Shown here piece after piece: positions 34,525 to 44,537 of a stretch of DNA of 64,000 nt (its first letter is position 1; each line of letters begins with the position of its first letter). The notes beneath the pieces are model-generated. The model had not been told where the DNA came from, did no database searches, and was given only the letters and a program-made list of their open reading frames with translations. The DNA is from Alphaproteobacteria bacterium (GTDB taxonomy: Bacteria > Pseudomonadota > Alphaproteobacteria > CALKHQ01). The position numbers and the translations under genes were made by a program. Where the stretch lies: the NCBI GenBank assembly GCA_965227515.1, contig CBDDFZ010000002.1, positions 384,001 to 448,000 of the forward strand. Reading direction: 5' to 3'.

Positions 34525-35670
34525 TCACCCGGCGAAGATGTCGTTCACCGTCTCGACGATCTCGTCCTCGTTTTCCAGCCACCAGTTCCAGTCCGGGATC
34601 CACAGGCCCTCGACCGCGTCGGCGGTGTTCTCCACGCCGTGCGGCACCAGGTTCTCGTGCACCGCGGCCTCGCTGTGGGTCGGGCGCAGGTAGAACACGC
34701 CGTCGAACTTGGTGATGAACTCCGGATCCAGGCGCCGGTTCAACAACGCCATCGCCAGCCGCTTCTGCATCGGGTCGGAATACCGGCTCAGCGTCTGGGT
34801 CTGGGTCAGGATCGGCTTGTACTGCGACCACATATACGGTGCCACCGGCACGCCGGCCTCCTGCTGCATGTAGACCTCACCGTCCACGTGCACGCCGATG
34901 GTGGCCTCGCCACGCTCGATCAGGGTCGACATATTGCCGGTGAAGTCGGAGATCTTCATCGGCATCGCGCGTTCCATCGCGTCCAGGCCGGCCGCCATGT
35001 CCTGCTGGCTCTCGCCGAAGACGGCGTTGGCGGTCATGAAGAAGGCCATGAACAGCGTGTTGGAGGTGATGTAGGTGGCGCGCTTGTCGGCGTACTGGTC
35101 CTGCCAGAAATCCTCGAACGAGGTCGGCGCCGGGTCGGCCAGGTCGGTGCGGTAGGAATAGCAATAGCGGCCGAACGCCCAGGTGATGCCGACGCCGTTG
35201 TCCAGCGCGAACGGCCACACGCCGCCGGCGTTGGGCACGTTGGCGATCACCTCTTCCTGCGACAGGAAATAGTCGCCCGCGCCCGCGGTCTTGTACATCT
35301 CCGGCAGGTTCCAGTTGGTCGACGCATAGGGCGGGTCTTCCGGCCCGCCGGCGACGAATTTCGGGAACCACGGCCACGTGCTGTCGTATTCGACCGTGCA
35401 GTTGAAGTCGCGCTCGAAGTCGTTGATCAGCAGCTCGCGGATGTTCTCTTCCCAGAAGCCGCCCCACTCGGCGATCGGCAGGGTCGCGCCCTCGGCGTCG
35501 AACACCTCGCCGTCGTAGTGGACGTCCTGGCTCCAGGCGTGGTTGATGTTGAACAGATGCACGCCGGCCGCCGCGGCGCCCGCACCCGCCAGCACATTAC
35601 GACGGCTGACGCCCTTGGTCGTTCCAGGCAGGATCAACCCGCTGTCTCCGATACCTTTCTTTTTGGCCAT
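34525..35670 (-). CDS. PotD/PotF-like extracellular solute-binding protein with Tat signal
   Basis: SRRNVL Tat motif; WGG..E, YRTD...PTSFEDFW; position within an ABC operon. Confidence 0.85.
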   Translation of the reverse strand: MAKKKGIGDSGLILPGTTKGVSRRNVLAGAGAAAAGVHLFNINHAWSQDVHYDGEVFDAEGATLPIAEWGGFWEENIRELLINDFERDFNCTVEYDSTWPWFPKFVAGGPEDPPYASTNWNLPEMYKTAGAGDYFLSQEEVIANVPNAGGVWPFALDNGVGITWAFGRYCYSYRTDLADPAPTSFEDFWQDQYADKRATYITSNTLFMAFFMTANAVFGESQQDMAAGLDAMERAMPMKISDFTGNMSTLIERGEATIGVHVDGEVYMQQEAGVPVAPYMWSQYKPILTQTQTLSRYSDPMQKRLAMALLNRRLDPEFITKFDGVFYLRPTHSEAAVHENLVPHGVENTADAVEGLWIPDWNWWLENEDEIVETVNDIFAG

Positions 35671-35742
35671 GTGTCGAACTCCCTCTGGGTTGCGGTTGGC
35701 GCACGGACCGGCCGCGACGTGCGGCGGCCCCAAATCGGGTCG

Positions 35743-36597
35743 TCAGCTGAACTTGATTCCCCCGAATTTCCGAATGTTGACGAGCTTGGCGGTGATCAGC
35801 ATCGAGATCACCACCAGCGCGATGGCGAAGATGCCGGCGGCGGCGGCCGTCGGCTCGAACTTGTAGCGAAGCGACACATACAGCGCGATCGGCAGCGGCT
35901 CCAGGTTCGGCGTGCTGAGGAACAGCGACACCTCGAACTGGCCGAACGACACGATGAACGCGAAGATCGACCCGGCCATGATGCCGGCCGAAATGTTGGG
36001 CAGCGTGACCTTGCGGAACGCGGTCCAGGGGCCGGCGCCCAGGCTGCGCGCAGCCTCCTCCAGCGAGGTGTCGAAGGTGACGAGTGCCGCCGACACGGTG
36101 CCGATGACGTAGGGGGTGGTCACCAGCACGTGGCCGATCACCAGCCCCGGTAGCGTGCGCGCCAGCCCGATGCCGGAGGAGACATAGAACACGTAGAGCG
36201 CCAGCCCCAGCACCACGCCGGGCAGGATCAGCGGCGACAGGAAATAGGCGCGCAACAGGTCGCGGCCGCGGAAGCGCGCGCGGGCCAGCACGATGGCGGC
36301 CATGGTGCCGAGGACGGTGGAGATCACCATGGTGATCAGCGCCAGCAGCAGGCTGAAAAGATAGGCGCCCATCCAGGTGTCGGAGGACAGGAACTCCTCC
36401 ACCCAGCGCAGCGACAGCCCGTCGGGCGGGAAGCTGAGATACTCGCCGGAGTTCAGCCCGGCCAGCACCACGATCACCACCGGCAGCAGCAGCACGATCA
36501 GCGCGATGACGGCGCCAATCTTCAGCGCCAGCGGCACCTGCGCTTCCGACCACTTGCGCGCGCCATTGCGCTGCAGGGTAGATGCCAGGTTAGCCAT
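35743..36597 (-). CDS. PotC-like ABC permease
   Basis: FPPDGLSLRW, SPLILPGVV, LEEAARSLGA, FAFIVSFGQF. Confidence 0.92.
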   Translation of the reverse strand: MANLASTLQRNGARKWSEAQVPLALKIGAVIALIVLLLPVVIVVLAGLNSGEYLSFPPDGLSLRWVEEFLSSDTWMGAYLFSLLLALITMVISTVLGTMAAIVLARARFRGRDLLRAYFLSPLILPGVVLGLALYVFYVSSGIGLARTLPGLVIGHVLVTTPYVIGTVSAALVTFDTSLEEAARSLGAGPWTAFRKVTLPNISAGIMAGSIFAFIVSFGQFEVSLFLSTPNLEPLPIALYVSLRYKFEPTAAAAGIFAIALVVISMLITAKLVNIRKFGGIKFS

Positions 36598-37512
36598 CTA
36601 CGTGCGCCCCCCTGCGGTGCTGGCGGCATAGCGCTGGTAGATCACCACCGCGACCACGCTGGTGGCGAACAGCACCACCGCGATGGCGGCGCCGAACTGC
36701 CATTTCCCCAGCTCGGCGATCTGCTGGTAGATGTGGATCGGCATCAGCACCACCTTCCAGCCGCCCATCAGCGCCGGCACCACGTATGAGCTGATGGAGA
36801 TCGCGAACACCAGCAGCGATCCGGCCAGGATGCCCGGCATCGACAGCGGAAAGACGATGCGCCAGAACGCGGTCCAGCGGTTGGCGCCCAGGCTGCGCGC
36901 CGCTTCCTCCAGCGACGGGTTGATCGAGCGGATGACGCCGATTAGCGACAGCACCATGAACGGCAGGGTGAACTGCACCAGGCCGACCACCACGCCGAAG
37001 AAGTTGTACATCAGCGGCATCGGCTCCTCGATCAGGCCGATGTCCTGGAGGGCGACGTTGATGATGCCGTTGTCGCCCATCAGCACCATCAGGCCGTAGA
37101 GCCGGATCACCATGTCGAGCTGCATCGCGCACAGCACCAGGATCATCAGGAAGGTGTTGCGCCCCGGGTGCTCGGTCTTGGCGATCAGGAACGCCAGCGG
37201 ATAGCCGAGGATGAGGGTGACGATGGCGACCAGGCTGGCCATGCCGATGGAGCGCACCGCCGCCCAGTAGTAGGTGCCGCGCGAGAAGAAGCGGGCGAAA
37301 TTGTCGAGCGAGAAATCGCCCTGCGGCGCCACCACGCCGGTGGCGGGCTTGTCGATCGAGATCAGGAACAGCGACAGCACCGGCAGGATGAAGAAGATCA
37401 GGAAGAACACGAACGCCGGCAGCACCAGCCAGAACGACCTGTTGCCGCCCATGAAGGTGCGCATGCCGCGCCCGAAGCCGCCCAGCGCCACCCTGTCGGT
37501 CGCCGCGGTCAC
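36598..37512 (-). CDS. PotB-like ABC permease
   Basis: LGYPLAF, GIIN..L, LPFMVL, LEEAARSLGA, PALMGG. Confidence 0.92.
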   Translation of the reverse strand: MTAATDRVALGGFGRGMRTFMGGNRSFWLVLPAFVFFLIFFILPVLSLFLISIDKPATGVVAPQGDFSLDNFARFFSRGTYYWAAVRSIGMASLVAIVTLILGYPLAFLIAKTEHPGRNTFLMILVLCAMQLDMVIRLYGLMVLMGDNGIINVALQDIGLIEEPMPLMYNFFGVVVGLVQFTLPFMVLSLIGVIRSINPSLEEAARSLGANRWTAFWRIVFPLSMPGILAGSLLVFAISISSYVVPALMGGWKVVLMPIHIYQQIAELGKWQFGAAIAVVLFATSVVAVVIYQRYAASTAGGRT

Positions 37513-37557
37513 CGGTTGTTGGCTCCTGGCGCTGCGATTGGGGCCGTGCCCAGCAAG

Positions 37558-38322
37558 CTATTCGGCCGCCTGGCGCGCTGGCGTCAGCGCGGGCATGTCA
37601 TAGCCGACCACCGGCTTCGGCGGCGGCGGCTGGAACGCGATGCGGCTGTGGCTGAGCCCGGTGTCGATCAACGCGCCCGCCATGCGCACGGCCGCCGGCA
37701 CCGGATCGATCACCGGAATGTCGTAGCCCCTGGCGAGCAGTCCGTCGCGGACCGCCTCGGCACAGCCCAGCATGCCGGTGCAGCCGAAGATGATGGCGTC
37801 GGCGCCGTCTTCCTCCACCGCCAGCAGGGCCTGCTCGGTCAGCGTGCGCTGGGTGCCCGCGATGTCGTTCTCCAGCGCCAGCACCGGGATGTCGACGGCG
37901 CGGGTCGACGCGTACTTGTCGGCGCAGCCATAGACCTTGGCCTGGTTCTCGATCATCACGTTGATGCGCCGGAGCACGGTGACGACGCTGAACTTGTGGC
38001 CCAGCATCGCGGCCAGGTGCATGGCGGTCTCGCACGGCCCCAGCACCGGGATCGACACGCACTCGCGCCCGGGCTTCAGGCCGGGGTCGCCCATGCAGTC
38101 GATGATCACCGCCTGGGCGCCGTCGCGCTCGGCCTCGATGATCTTGGCCACGGTGTCGGGCACCGCCAGCATCTCGTCGTATTCGCATTCGATGGAGGCG
38201 GGCCCGCGGTCGATCTCGACGTGGCTGATGGTCGTGTCCGGGCCGACCAGACCGTCGAAATCGCTCGCCTTGCGGAACCCATGGGTGGTGATCGGCGTGA
38301 CGACGCGAATGTGCTTGCTCAT
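37558..38322 (-). CDS. Asp/Glu/hydantoin racemase family protein (hydantoin/allantoin racemase-like)
   Basis: GPASIE, AVIIDCMGDPG and AIIFGCTGM (two catalytic Cys), PVIDP. Confidence 0.9.
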   Translation of the reverse strand: MSKHIRVVTPITTHGFRKASDFDGLVGPDTTISHVEIDRGPASIECEYDEMLAVPDTVAKIIEAERDGAQAVIIDCMGDPGLKPGRECVSIPVLGPCETAMHLAAMLGHKFSVVTVLRRINVMIENQAKVYGCADKYASTRAVDIPVLALENDIAGTQRTLTEQALLAVEEDGADAIIFGCTGMLGCAEAVRDGLLARGYDIPVIDPVPAAVRMAGALIDTGLSHSRIAFQPPPPKPVVGYDMPALTPARQAAE

Positions 38323-38446
38323 GGCGTGCTCCCCGAAATCGCTGCCTGGCCAGACAGGTCGCCCAAACATGCGGCGCAAACCCGGCTGGGCGTCTAGCGC
38401 CCGGTCGGTCCACCCCCTGACCCGCACGCATGCAAGTTCAAGTGCA

Positions 38447-38463
38447 CGCAATTGCCATGCCAG
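38447..38463 (-). promoter_or_regulatory. Sigma-54 (-24/-12) promoter
   Basis: Minus strand CTGGCATGGCAATTGCG matches TGGCA-N6-TTGC with exact GG-N10-GC spacing, 125 nt upstream of the racemase ATG. Confidence 0.75.
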
Positions 38464-38582
38464 CAGGTCTGCACCGCCCGCGGCTCAATCGAACGTTAGC
38501 ACCCCGCCGCACCCGCAGCAATTGCTGTGGCGCAACAAGTTTTCCTGCGTGGAAAGAGCGGGGCGGGCGCGACCGCGGCCGA

Positions 38583-39346
<764 letters not shown>

Positions 39347-39350
<4 letters not shown>

Positions 39351-40426
39351 GACTTCATCTTGTAGGCGCGTTGCCGGATGTAGATGTTCAGGATCACCGC
39401 CAGCACCGTCAGCACGCCGATCGCCAGCTTGAACCAGTTGGCGTCGATGCGCGACATGACCAGCCCGTTGTCGATCATGCGGATCAGGAATGCACCGACC
39501 ACCGCGCCGATGATCGAGCCGATACCGCCGGTCAGCGCGGCGCCGCCGATGACGGCGGCGGCGATGGCCTGCAGCTCCAGGCCCTCGCCCACCGAAGGCA
39601 CCGCGGAGCCGAGGCGGAAGGTCTGGATGATGCCTGCCAGCCCGGCCAGCAGCGAGCACATCATGAAGCACGTCATCTTCACCCGGCGGACGTTGATGCC
39701 CATGTCCTGGGCCGCCTGGCGCTGGCCGCCGGTGGCGTAGATCCAGTTGCCGAAATTGGTGCGGTGCAGATAGATGCCGAGCGCCACGGCGAGTGCCGCG
39801 AACCAGATGAACGACGCGCGGAACATGCCGGGCACCAGAACCTCCGCGTTGCGCGGGCTTGGCTCCATCCACAATGGCTCGACGAACAGCCAGGTCGGCA
39901 GCGTGTCAGGGAAGCTCGGCGGAAAGCCGCCGGACAGCACCACGGTCAGGCTGCGGGCGACGAACAGCATGCCGAGCGTGGTGACGAACGACGGAATGCC
40001 GAACGACAGTGTCACCCAGCCGTTGATGGCGCCGATGCCGAGCGCGACCAGCAAGGCGACGACGATGGCCACCCACGGGTTGCCCAGCGTGTAGGCAAGC
40101 CAGTGCGGCAGGTCGATCAAGCCGAACAGGAACGGCACTTCGCCGCCGGCGTCCGCTGCGCCGGCGAAACCGCAGAGCACGATGGTCAGCATCGGCACCA
40201 GCGCGAACACGGAGCCAACCGACAGGTCGAACTCGCCGGAGATCATCAGGATCGTCACGCCGATGGCGACCAGGCCCAATTCGGGCACGATGCTGAAGAT
40301 GCCGGTCAGGTTGGTCGTCGACAGGAACTCCTCGGCGTTCAGCCGGAACCCGACGACGACGATGATCAGCATTACCAGGGCACTGATCTCCGGCCGCGAC
40401 AGCAGGGCCTTCAATATCTTCTGCAT
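39347..40426 (-). CDS. RbsC-like sugar ABC permease
   Basis: ISGEFDLSVGS, IPSFVTTLG, GNWIYATGG, ELQAIAAAVIGG. Confidence 0.92.
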
Positions 40427-40530
40427 TTCAGTCCGTGTTCAAACGAGGTCGAAGTTGGATGGGGCCAGTGTAACGCGACACCGGGCGCCGTTGGCGCCCG
40501 GTGCCATTATCGCAAGGACGGCAAAGCTGC

Positions 40531-41514
40531 CTAGCGCAAGCCCTGCTCGGAGAGCGTGCGCAGCGCCGGCACGTCGCCCGGCACGATCAACGACTTGCCC
40601 GTGTTCACATCCCAGGCGCCAAGCTCATACTTGCTCATCAGGTAGAGCTGCATGATCGGCAGGAAGCCTTGCAGGAACGGCTGCTGGTCGACGGTGACCT
40701 GGATGTAGCCCGACTCCATCTCGTCGAACACCACCGGCAACAGGTCGAAGCCGCCCAGCAGGATCTCGCCCGGGCCATAGCCCAGGTCGCGCAGGCCGAC
40801 GGCCGCACCGGCGTGCCAGTAGCCGGCATCGAAATAGGCGGTCAGGTCCGGGTTGCCCTGCACATAGGCGCTGACACGCTGCTGGGTGAGCGCCAGGTCG
40901 AGGCCGGAATCGATCCGTTCCCAGGTCACTTCGCGGTCTGCGTTCGCCGCCGCGTAGTCCTCCATGAAGCGCGCCACGCCGGCCATCCGCTGTTCCGCCC
41001 AGCTCTGGCCGGGGCCGGAGACGCCGAGTAGCACGGAGATCGGACCGTCGGCGGGGAAGTGCTCGGACAGGCCCTTGGCGAGGTCGTAGCCGGCCTGCTC
41101 CAGGTCCTGGCCGACGAAGCTCAGGCGGCTGTTGCCGTCCTCGCCCATGGTGTCGTCGACGTTGGAACCGAGCACCGGGATGCCCAGGTCGTTGGCGCGC
41201 TGCACCGCCTCGTCGAAGATGTCGTCGTTGACCAGCGTGGTGATGATGCCGTCCGGCTCGTTGGCGATGGTCGCTTCCAGGTTGGCCAACTGCTCGTTCA
41301 GATTGCCGTCCTGGTTCAGGAAGATCATCTGACACTCGGCGTTGATCATCGCACACGCCTCGTCCATGCCGTTCTTGACGGCCTGCCAGAACACGTTACC
41401 GGTCGACGAGTGCATGATGTAGGTGAACTGCAACGGGTCGTCCTGGGCTTGGGCGCCGGTAGCACCCATGGCACTGACAATGGCGACGGTCGCCAACAGC
41501 TTGCTCTTGGACAT
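40531..41514 (-). CDS. Sugar ABC substrate-binding protein (RbsB-like)
   Basis: Signal peptide; FWQAVKNG, PDGII, FVGQD, GGFDL, TVDQQPFLQG. Confidence 0.9.
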   Translation of the reverse strand: MSKSKLLATVAIVSAMGATGAQAQDDPLQFTYIMHSSTGNVFWQAVKNGMDEACAMINAECQMIFLNQDGNLNEQLANLEATIANEPDGIITTLVNDDIFDEAVQRANDLGIPVLGSNVDDTMGEDGNSRLSFVGQDLEQAGYDLAKGLSEHFPADGPISVLLGVSGPGQSWAEQRMAGVARFMEDYAAANADREVTWERIDSGLDLALTQQRVSAYVQGNPDLTAYFDAGYWHAGAAVGLRDLGYGPGEILLGGFDLLPVVFDEMESGYIQVTVDQQPFLQGFLPIMQLYLMSKYELGAWDVNTGKSLIVPGDVPALRTLSEQGLR

Positions 41515-41641
41515 TTGACTTCCTCCCCTGTTTTGGAGCCGGTCGCGGGCACCGCCCGGTGCGATCGCGCCAACCGAACTGCCGCGACCCTAATCGCTAT
41601 GGCGGGCATTGGCAAAACCAAAGCCCGTGCGCAGCCACGCA

Positions 41642-42976
41642 CTAGCGTTTGTGGCCGATCGCCAACGCCACCAGCATCAACACGAGGGCCGGCACGGTCT
41701 TGACCATCGCCCCCAACGGGTCGAGCCACAGAGCGGGCAGCAGGACCAGCGATCCCAGCAGGTAGCCGGCCGACAGCAGGATGCCGGCCATCAGCCCGAG
41801 GCGGCTGGTGCGCTGCCACGCGATGGCAATGCCGATCGCCACGTCGGCCAGGCCGGTGACGACTGTCAGCACCGAGGCGGCGCCAGGGCCGATGCCGGCG
41901 GCTTGCAGCACTTGGGACGCTGCCTCGAACGACACCGTCAGCGCGATAAGACCGCTGACGATCCAGAACAACGACAGGACCACCAGGACCAGCGCCTTGA
42001 GGAGGTAGAGGCGGGCGAACCACTTCTCCTGCACGCCGAACGGCAGCCGCGCCAATGAGGTCGCCAGCGGCGTCGGCGCGATGCCGGTGGCGTCGATCCA
42101 GGGTTGGGGATCGCCGGCGACACCGCGCCGCATCTCGGCCAGCGCCGTGCTGCGGATCGGCGGCGACCAACCGAGGTGGCCCGCCACGTCGCCCGCCCGC
42201 GCGCCCAGCGCCATCAGCGGTCCGGGAAGACGGAAGAGGGGGCGCGGCCCGCCGATCCGCTGCCGCATCGCCGCCAGCACGTCGCCGACGGTGCCGGCCT
42301 CGCGCTCCATCACGTCCCAGGCCACGCGCCAATCGCGGCGGCCGTCCCGCCATGACTTGGCCAGGAAGGCGACCGTGCGCGCCAGGTCGTCGATATCGGT
42401 CGCGGCGAACGGCTGGCCGGCTTCGCGGCGCGGCAAGTCCACCGCCAGCGCCGCCAGCGCGCGCATCAGCGCGCTGCCGCCATAGGCCACCGGCGCTAAT
42501 ACGAACCCGGGCCGCAGGATCGCGTGCGCCACGGGACTTGCCGCGATCGCTGCCTCGGCCGAACGTTTGGTGCGGGCGAAATCGGTGCGGTCCTCGTCGG
42601 GATCGCCGGGGATGGAGACGTGCACCAGCAGGGCATCGCGCGCGCCCAGAGCCTGGACCAGGCGGGCGACGAACGCGTGATGCACGTCCTCCGCGCCGCC
42701 GCCTGGGCCGTCCTGCAACACGCCGAGGCAATTGACCACGATGTCGGCGCGATGGGTGTCGAGGAGCGCGCCCAGGTCGTCGGCGCCCAGGTCTTCGAAG
42801 CCGAGGTCGACGACCGGTGCCTCGACGGCCTCGAAAAGGCCGGCCCGTTGTGCGGCATCGAACCGGCGTGCAATCCCGACCACATCGAACGATTCTTGCG
42901 CCAGCAGGTTGGCCAGCGCGCCGCCGATCAGGCCCGACGCCCCCAGGATGACAATGCGTGGGTCCGCGCCTTCCAT
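41642..42976 (-). CDS. NAD(P)-binding SDR/epimerase-like protein with C-terminal DoxX-like membrane domain
   Basis: ILGASGLIG, VVNCLGVLQD, ILRPGFV; C-terminal TM helices with WLDPLGAMVKT. Confidence 0.8.
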   Translation of the reverse strand: MEGADPRIVILGASGLIGGALANLLAQESFDVVGIARRFDAAQRAGLFEAVEAPVVDLGFEDLGADDLGALLDTHRADIVVNCLGVLQDGPGGGAEDVHHAFVARLVQALGARDALLVHVSIPGDPDEDRTDFARTKRSAEAAIAASPVAHAILRPGFVLAPVAYGGSALMRALAALAVDLPRREAGQPFAATDIDDLARTVAFLAKSWRDGRRDWRVAWDVMEREAGTVGDVLAAMRQRIGGPRPLFRLPGPLMALGARAGDVAGHLGWSPPIRSTALAEMRRGVAGDPQPWIDATGIAPTPLATSLARLPFGVQEKWFARLYLLKALVLVVLSLFWIVSGLIALTVSFEAASQVLQAAGIGPGAASVLTVVTGLADVAIGIAIAWQRTSRLGLMAGILLSAGYLLGSLVLLPALWLDPLGAMVKTVPALVLMLVALAIGHKR

Positions 42977-42983
42977 GCCGGTC

Positions 42984-43454
42984 TCAGAAATAGGGCTTGG
43001 CGACCATCAGCCAGACGATCGCGATGACGGACGAGAAGCCGGGAATGCCGAACAGGAACCACAGGCGAAACAGGCGCCGATAGGCGTCGGGCAGGTCGGT
43101 CCCCGCCGCCACGGCCTGCCGCGCCAGGGTGCGCATGCGCGCCTGCAGCCAGACCACCGGCACCCAGAACACGCCGGCCAGCACATAGAGGCCCAGCGAT
43201 ATCAGAATCCAGTCGTCGGTCAGCGACAGGCCCATCTCGCGCACCAGCAGATAGCCGGTGATCGGCTGGGCGATGACCGATGTGGTGGTGAACAGCCAGT
43301 CGGCCAGCACCACCACCGAGGCGGTGCGCGCGATGAATGCCGGATCGCGGCTGAGGTGGGCCATCAGCATGAAGAAGGCGATGCCGGTGCCGGTGCCCAG
43401 CACGACGATGGCGCCCATGACGTGCAGGAACTTCAGGATCAAGTACGCCGTCAT
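42984..43454 (-). CDS. DUF2269 family integral membrane protein
   Basis: LKFLHVMGA..GTGTGIAFF, ADWLFT, QPITG, WVPVVWLQ, WLMVAKP. Confidence 0.85.
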   Translation of the reverse strand: MTAYLILKFLHVMGAIVVLGTGTGIAFFMLMAHLSRDPAFIARTASVVVLADWLFTTTSVIAQPITGYLLVREMGLSLTDDWILISLGLYVLAGVFWVPVVWLQARMRTLARQAVAAGTDLPDAYRRLFRLWFLFGIPGFSSVIAIVWLMVAKPYF

Positions 43455-43478
43455 GTTCCGGACGTACCCTTGCGGACC

Positions 43479-44225
43479 TTATTTCCGATCCAGGAACGAG
43501 CGGTAGAAGCCGGCGATCTCCTCCACCGCTAGGTCGAACAGCCGCTTGCCGTCCTCCGGTGTCGACATGCCGGGCGCCGAGCCGATGCGCCCGTCGGGGA
43601 AACGGCGGCGATAGTCCTCGGCGTCGGCGAAGCCGTCCATAGGCGCCACTTCCGGGTCGATTGGTGCTGTCTTGATGGCGTCGGGGAAGGCGTATTGCGT
43701 GACCGACACCTCCGATGGCGTGGCGTGCATGCCCTCCTTGCGGCCATAGAGCTGGTTGCGGAGCTGGGTGACCTTGCGCCCCTCCCACCAGTTGACCATC
43801 CGGCACATCACCGGGGCGGCGTTGCCCGGCCCGGCGAGGCTCGATTGGGCATAGACCTCCGAGAAGGCGGCGTTGACGGTGGCGATGTTGCCGCCGTGGC
43901 CATTGACGAAGAAGAAGCGGTCGAAGCCGTTGCGCGACAGCGAGTTGATCCAGTCGCACAGCGCCGCGATCATCGTTGTAGGCCTGAGCGTGATCGAGCC
44001 GGGAAACGCCAGGTGATGCTGGGCCATGCCGACGCTGAAGGTCGGTGCCACCAGCGCGTTCGCCGCCTCGCCGACGCCGCGCGCGATCACCTCCGCGCAC
44101 AGGGCATCTGTGCCGACCAGGCCGTTCGGGCCGTGCTGCTCGGTCGAGCCGATGGGGATGATGATCCCTGTCGACCGCTTCAGATAGTCCTCGACCTCGG
44201 CCCAGGTCTGCATGTGCAATTGCAT
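43479..44225 (-). CDS. Creatininase family amidohydrolase
   Basis: PIGSTEQHGP..GTD, FPGSITL, VNGHGGN, MHA..SE metal ligands; start 44225 or 44234. Confidence 0.9.
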   Translation of the reverse strand: MQLHMQTWAEVEDYLKRSTGIIIPIGSTEQHGPNGLVGTDALCAEVIARGVGEAANALVAPTFSVGMAQHHLAFPGSITLRPTTMIAALCDWINSLSRNGFDRFFFVNGHGGNIATVNAAFSEVYAQSSLAGPGNAAPVMCRMVNWWEGRKVTQLRNQLYGRKEGMHATPSEVSVTQYAFPDAIKTAPIDPEVAPMDGFADAEDYRRRFPDGRIGSAPGMSTPEDGKRLFDLAVEEIAGFYRSFLDRK

Positions 44226-44257
44226 CGCGCTCACTCAATGTTGCCGCAGAAGTAGTT

Positions 44258-44510
44258 TTGTCGTCTTCGCCCTTGTGGCTTCGAGCTTCACACATTTCTC
44301 GAAGGGTGGCTCGATCTCCGAGGCAGAAAGATACTGTCGTCCTCGCCCTTGTGGCGAGGACCCATTGATGGCCAGAGCGTCAATAGGTCATTGCGGAGCG
44401 CTATGCGGGGTGGCAGCCGCCCGGTTTCAAATGGCCAAACATGCCGGCGTCTATTGGCATCGGCCCAGTGTGCCCCGCAAATGGGCCCTCGCGACAAGCG
44501 CGAGGGCGAC
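44258..44510. repeat. REP/MITE-like element (same family as 26131) plus an upstream truncated arm
   Basis: TGTCGTCCTCGCCCTTGTGGCGAGGACCCAT (44335) ... ATGGGCCCTCGCGACAAGCGCGAGGGCGAC; partial arm at 44258-44279. Confidence 0.8.
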
Positions 44511-44537
44511 GAGAGAGCATATGCGGACGCTGCATGA

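Noticed and set aside
41608-41628. Second sigma-54-like site upstream of the sugar binding protein (minus strand GGGCTTTGGTTTTGC)
   Set aside because: GG-N10-GC spacing holds but the TGGCA element is missing; too weak to call.
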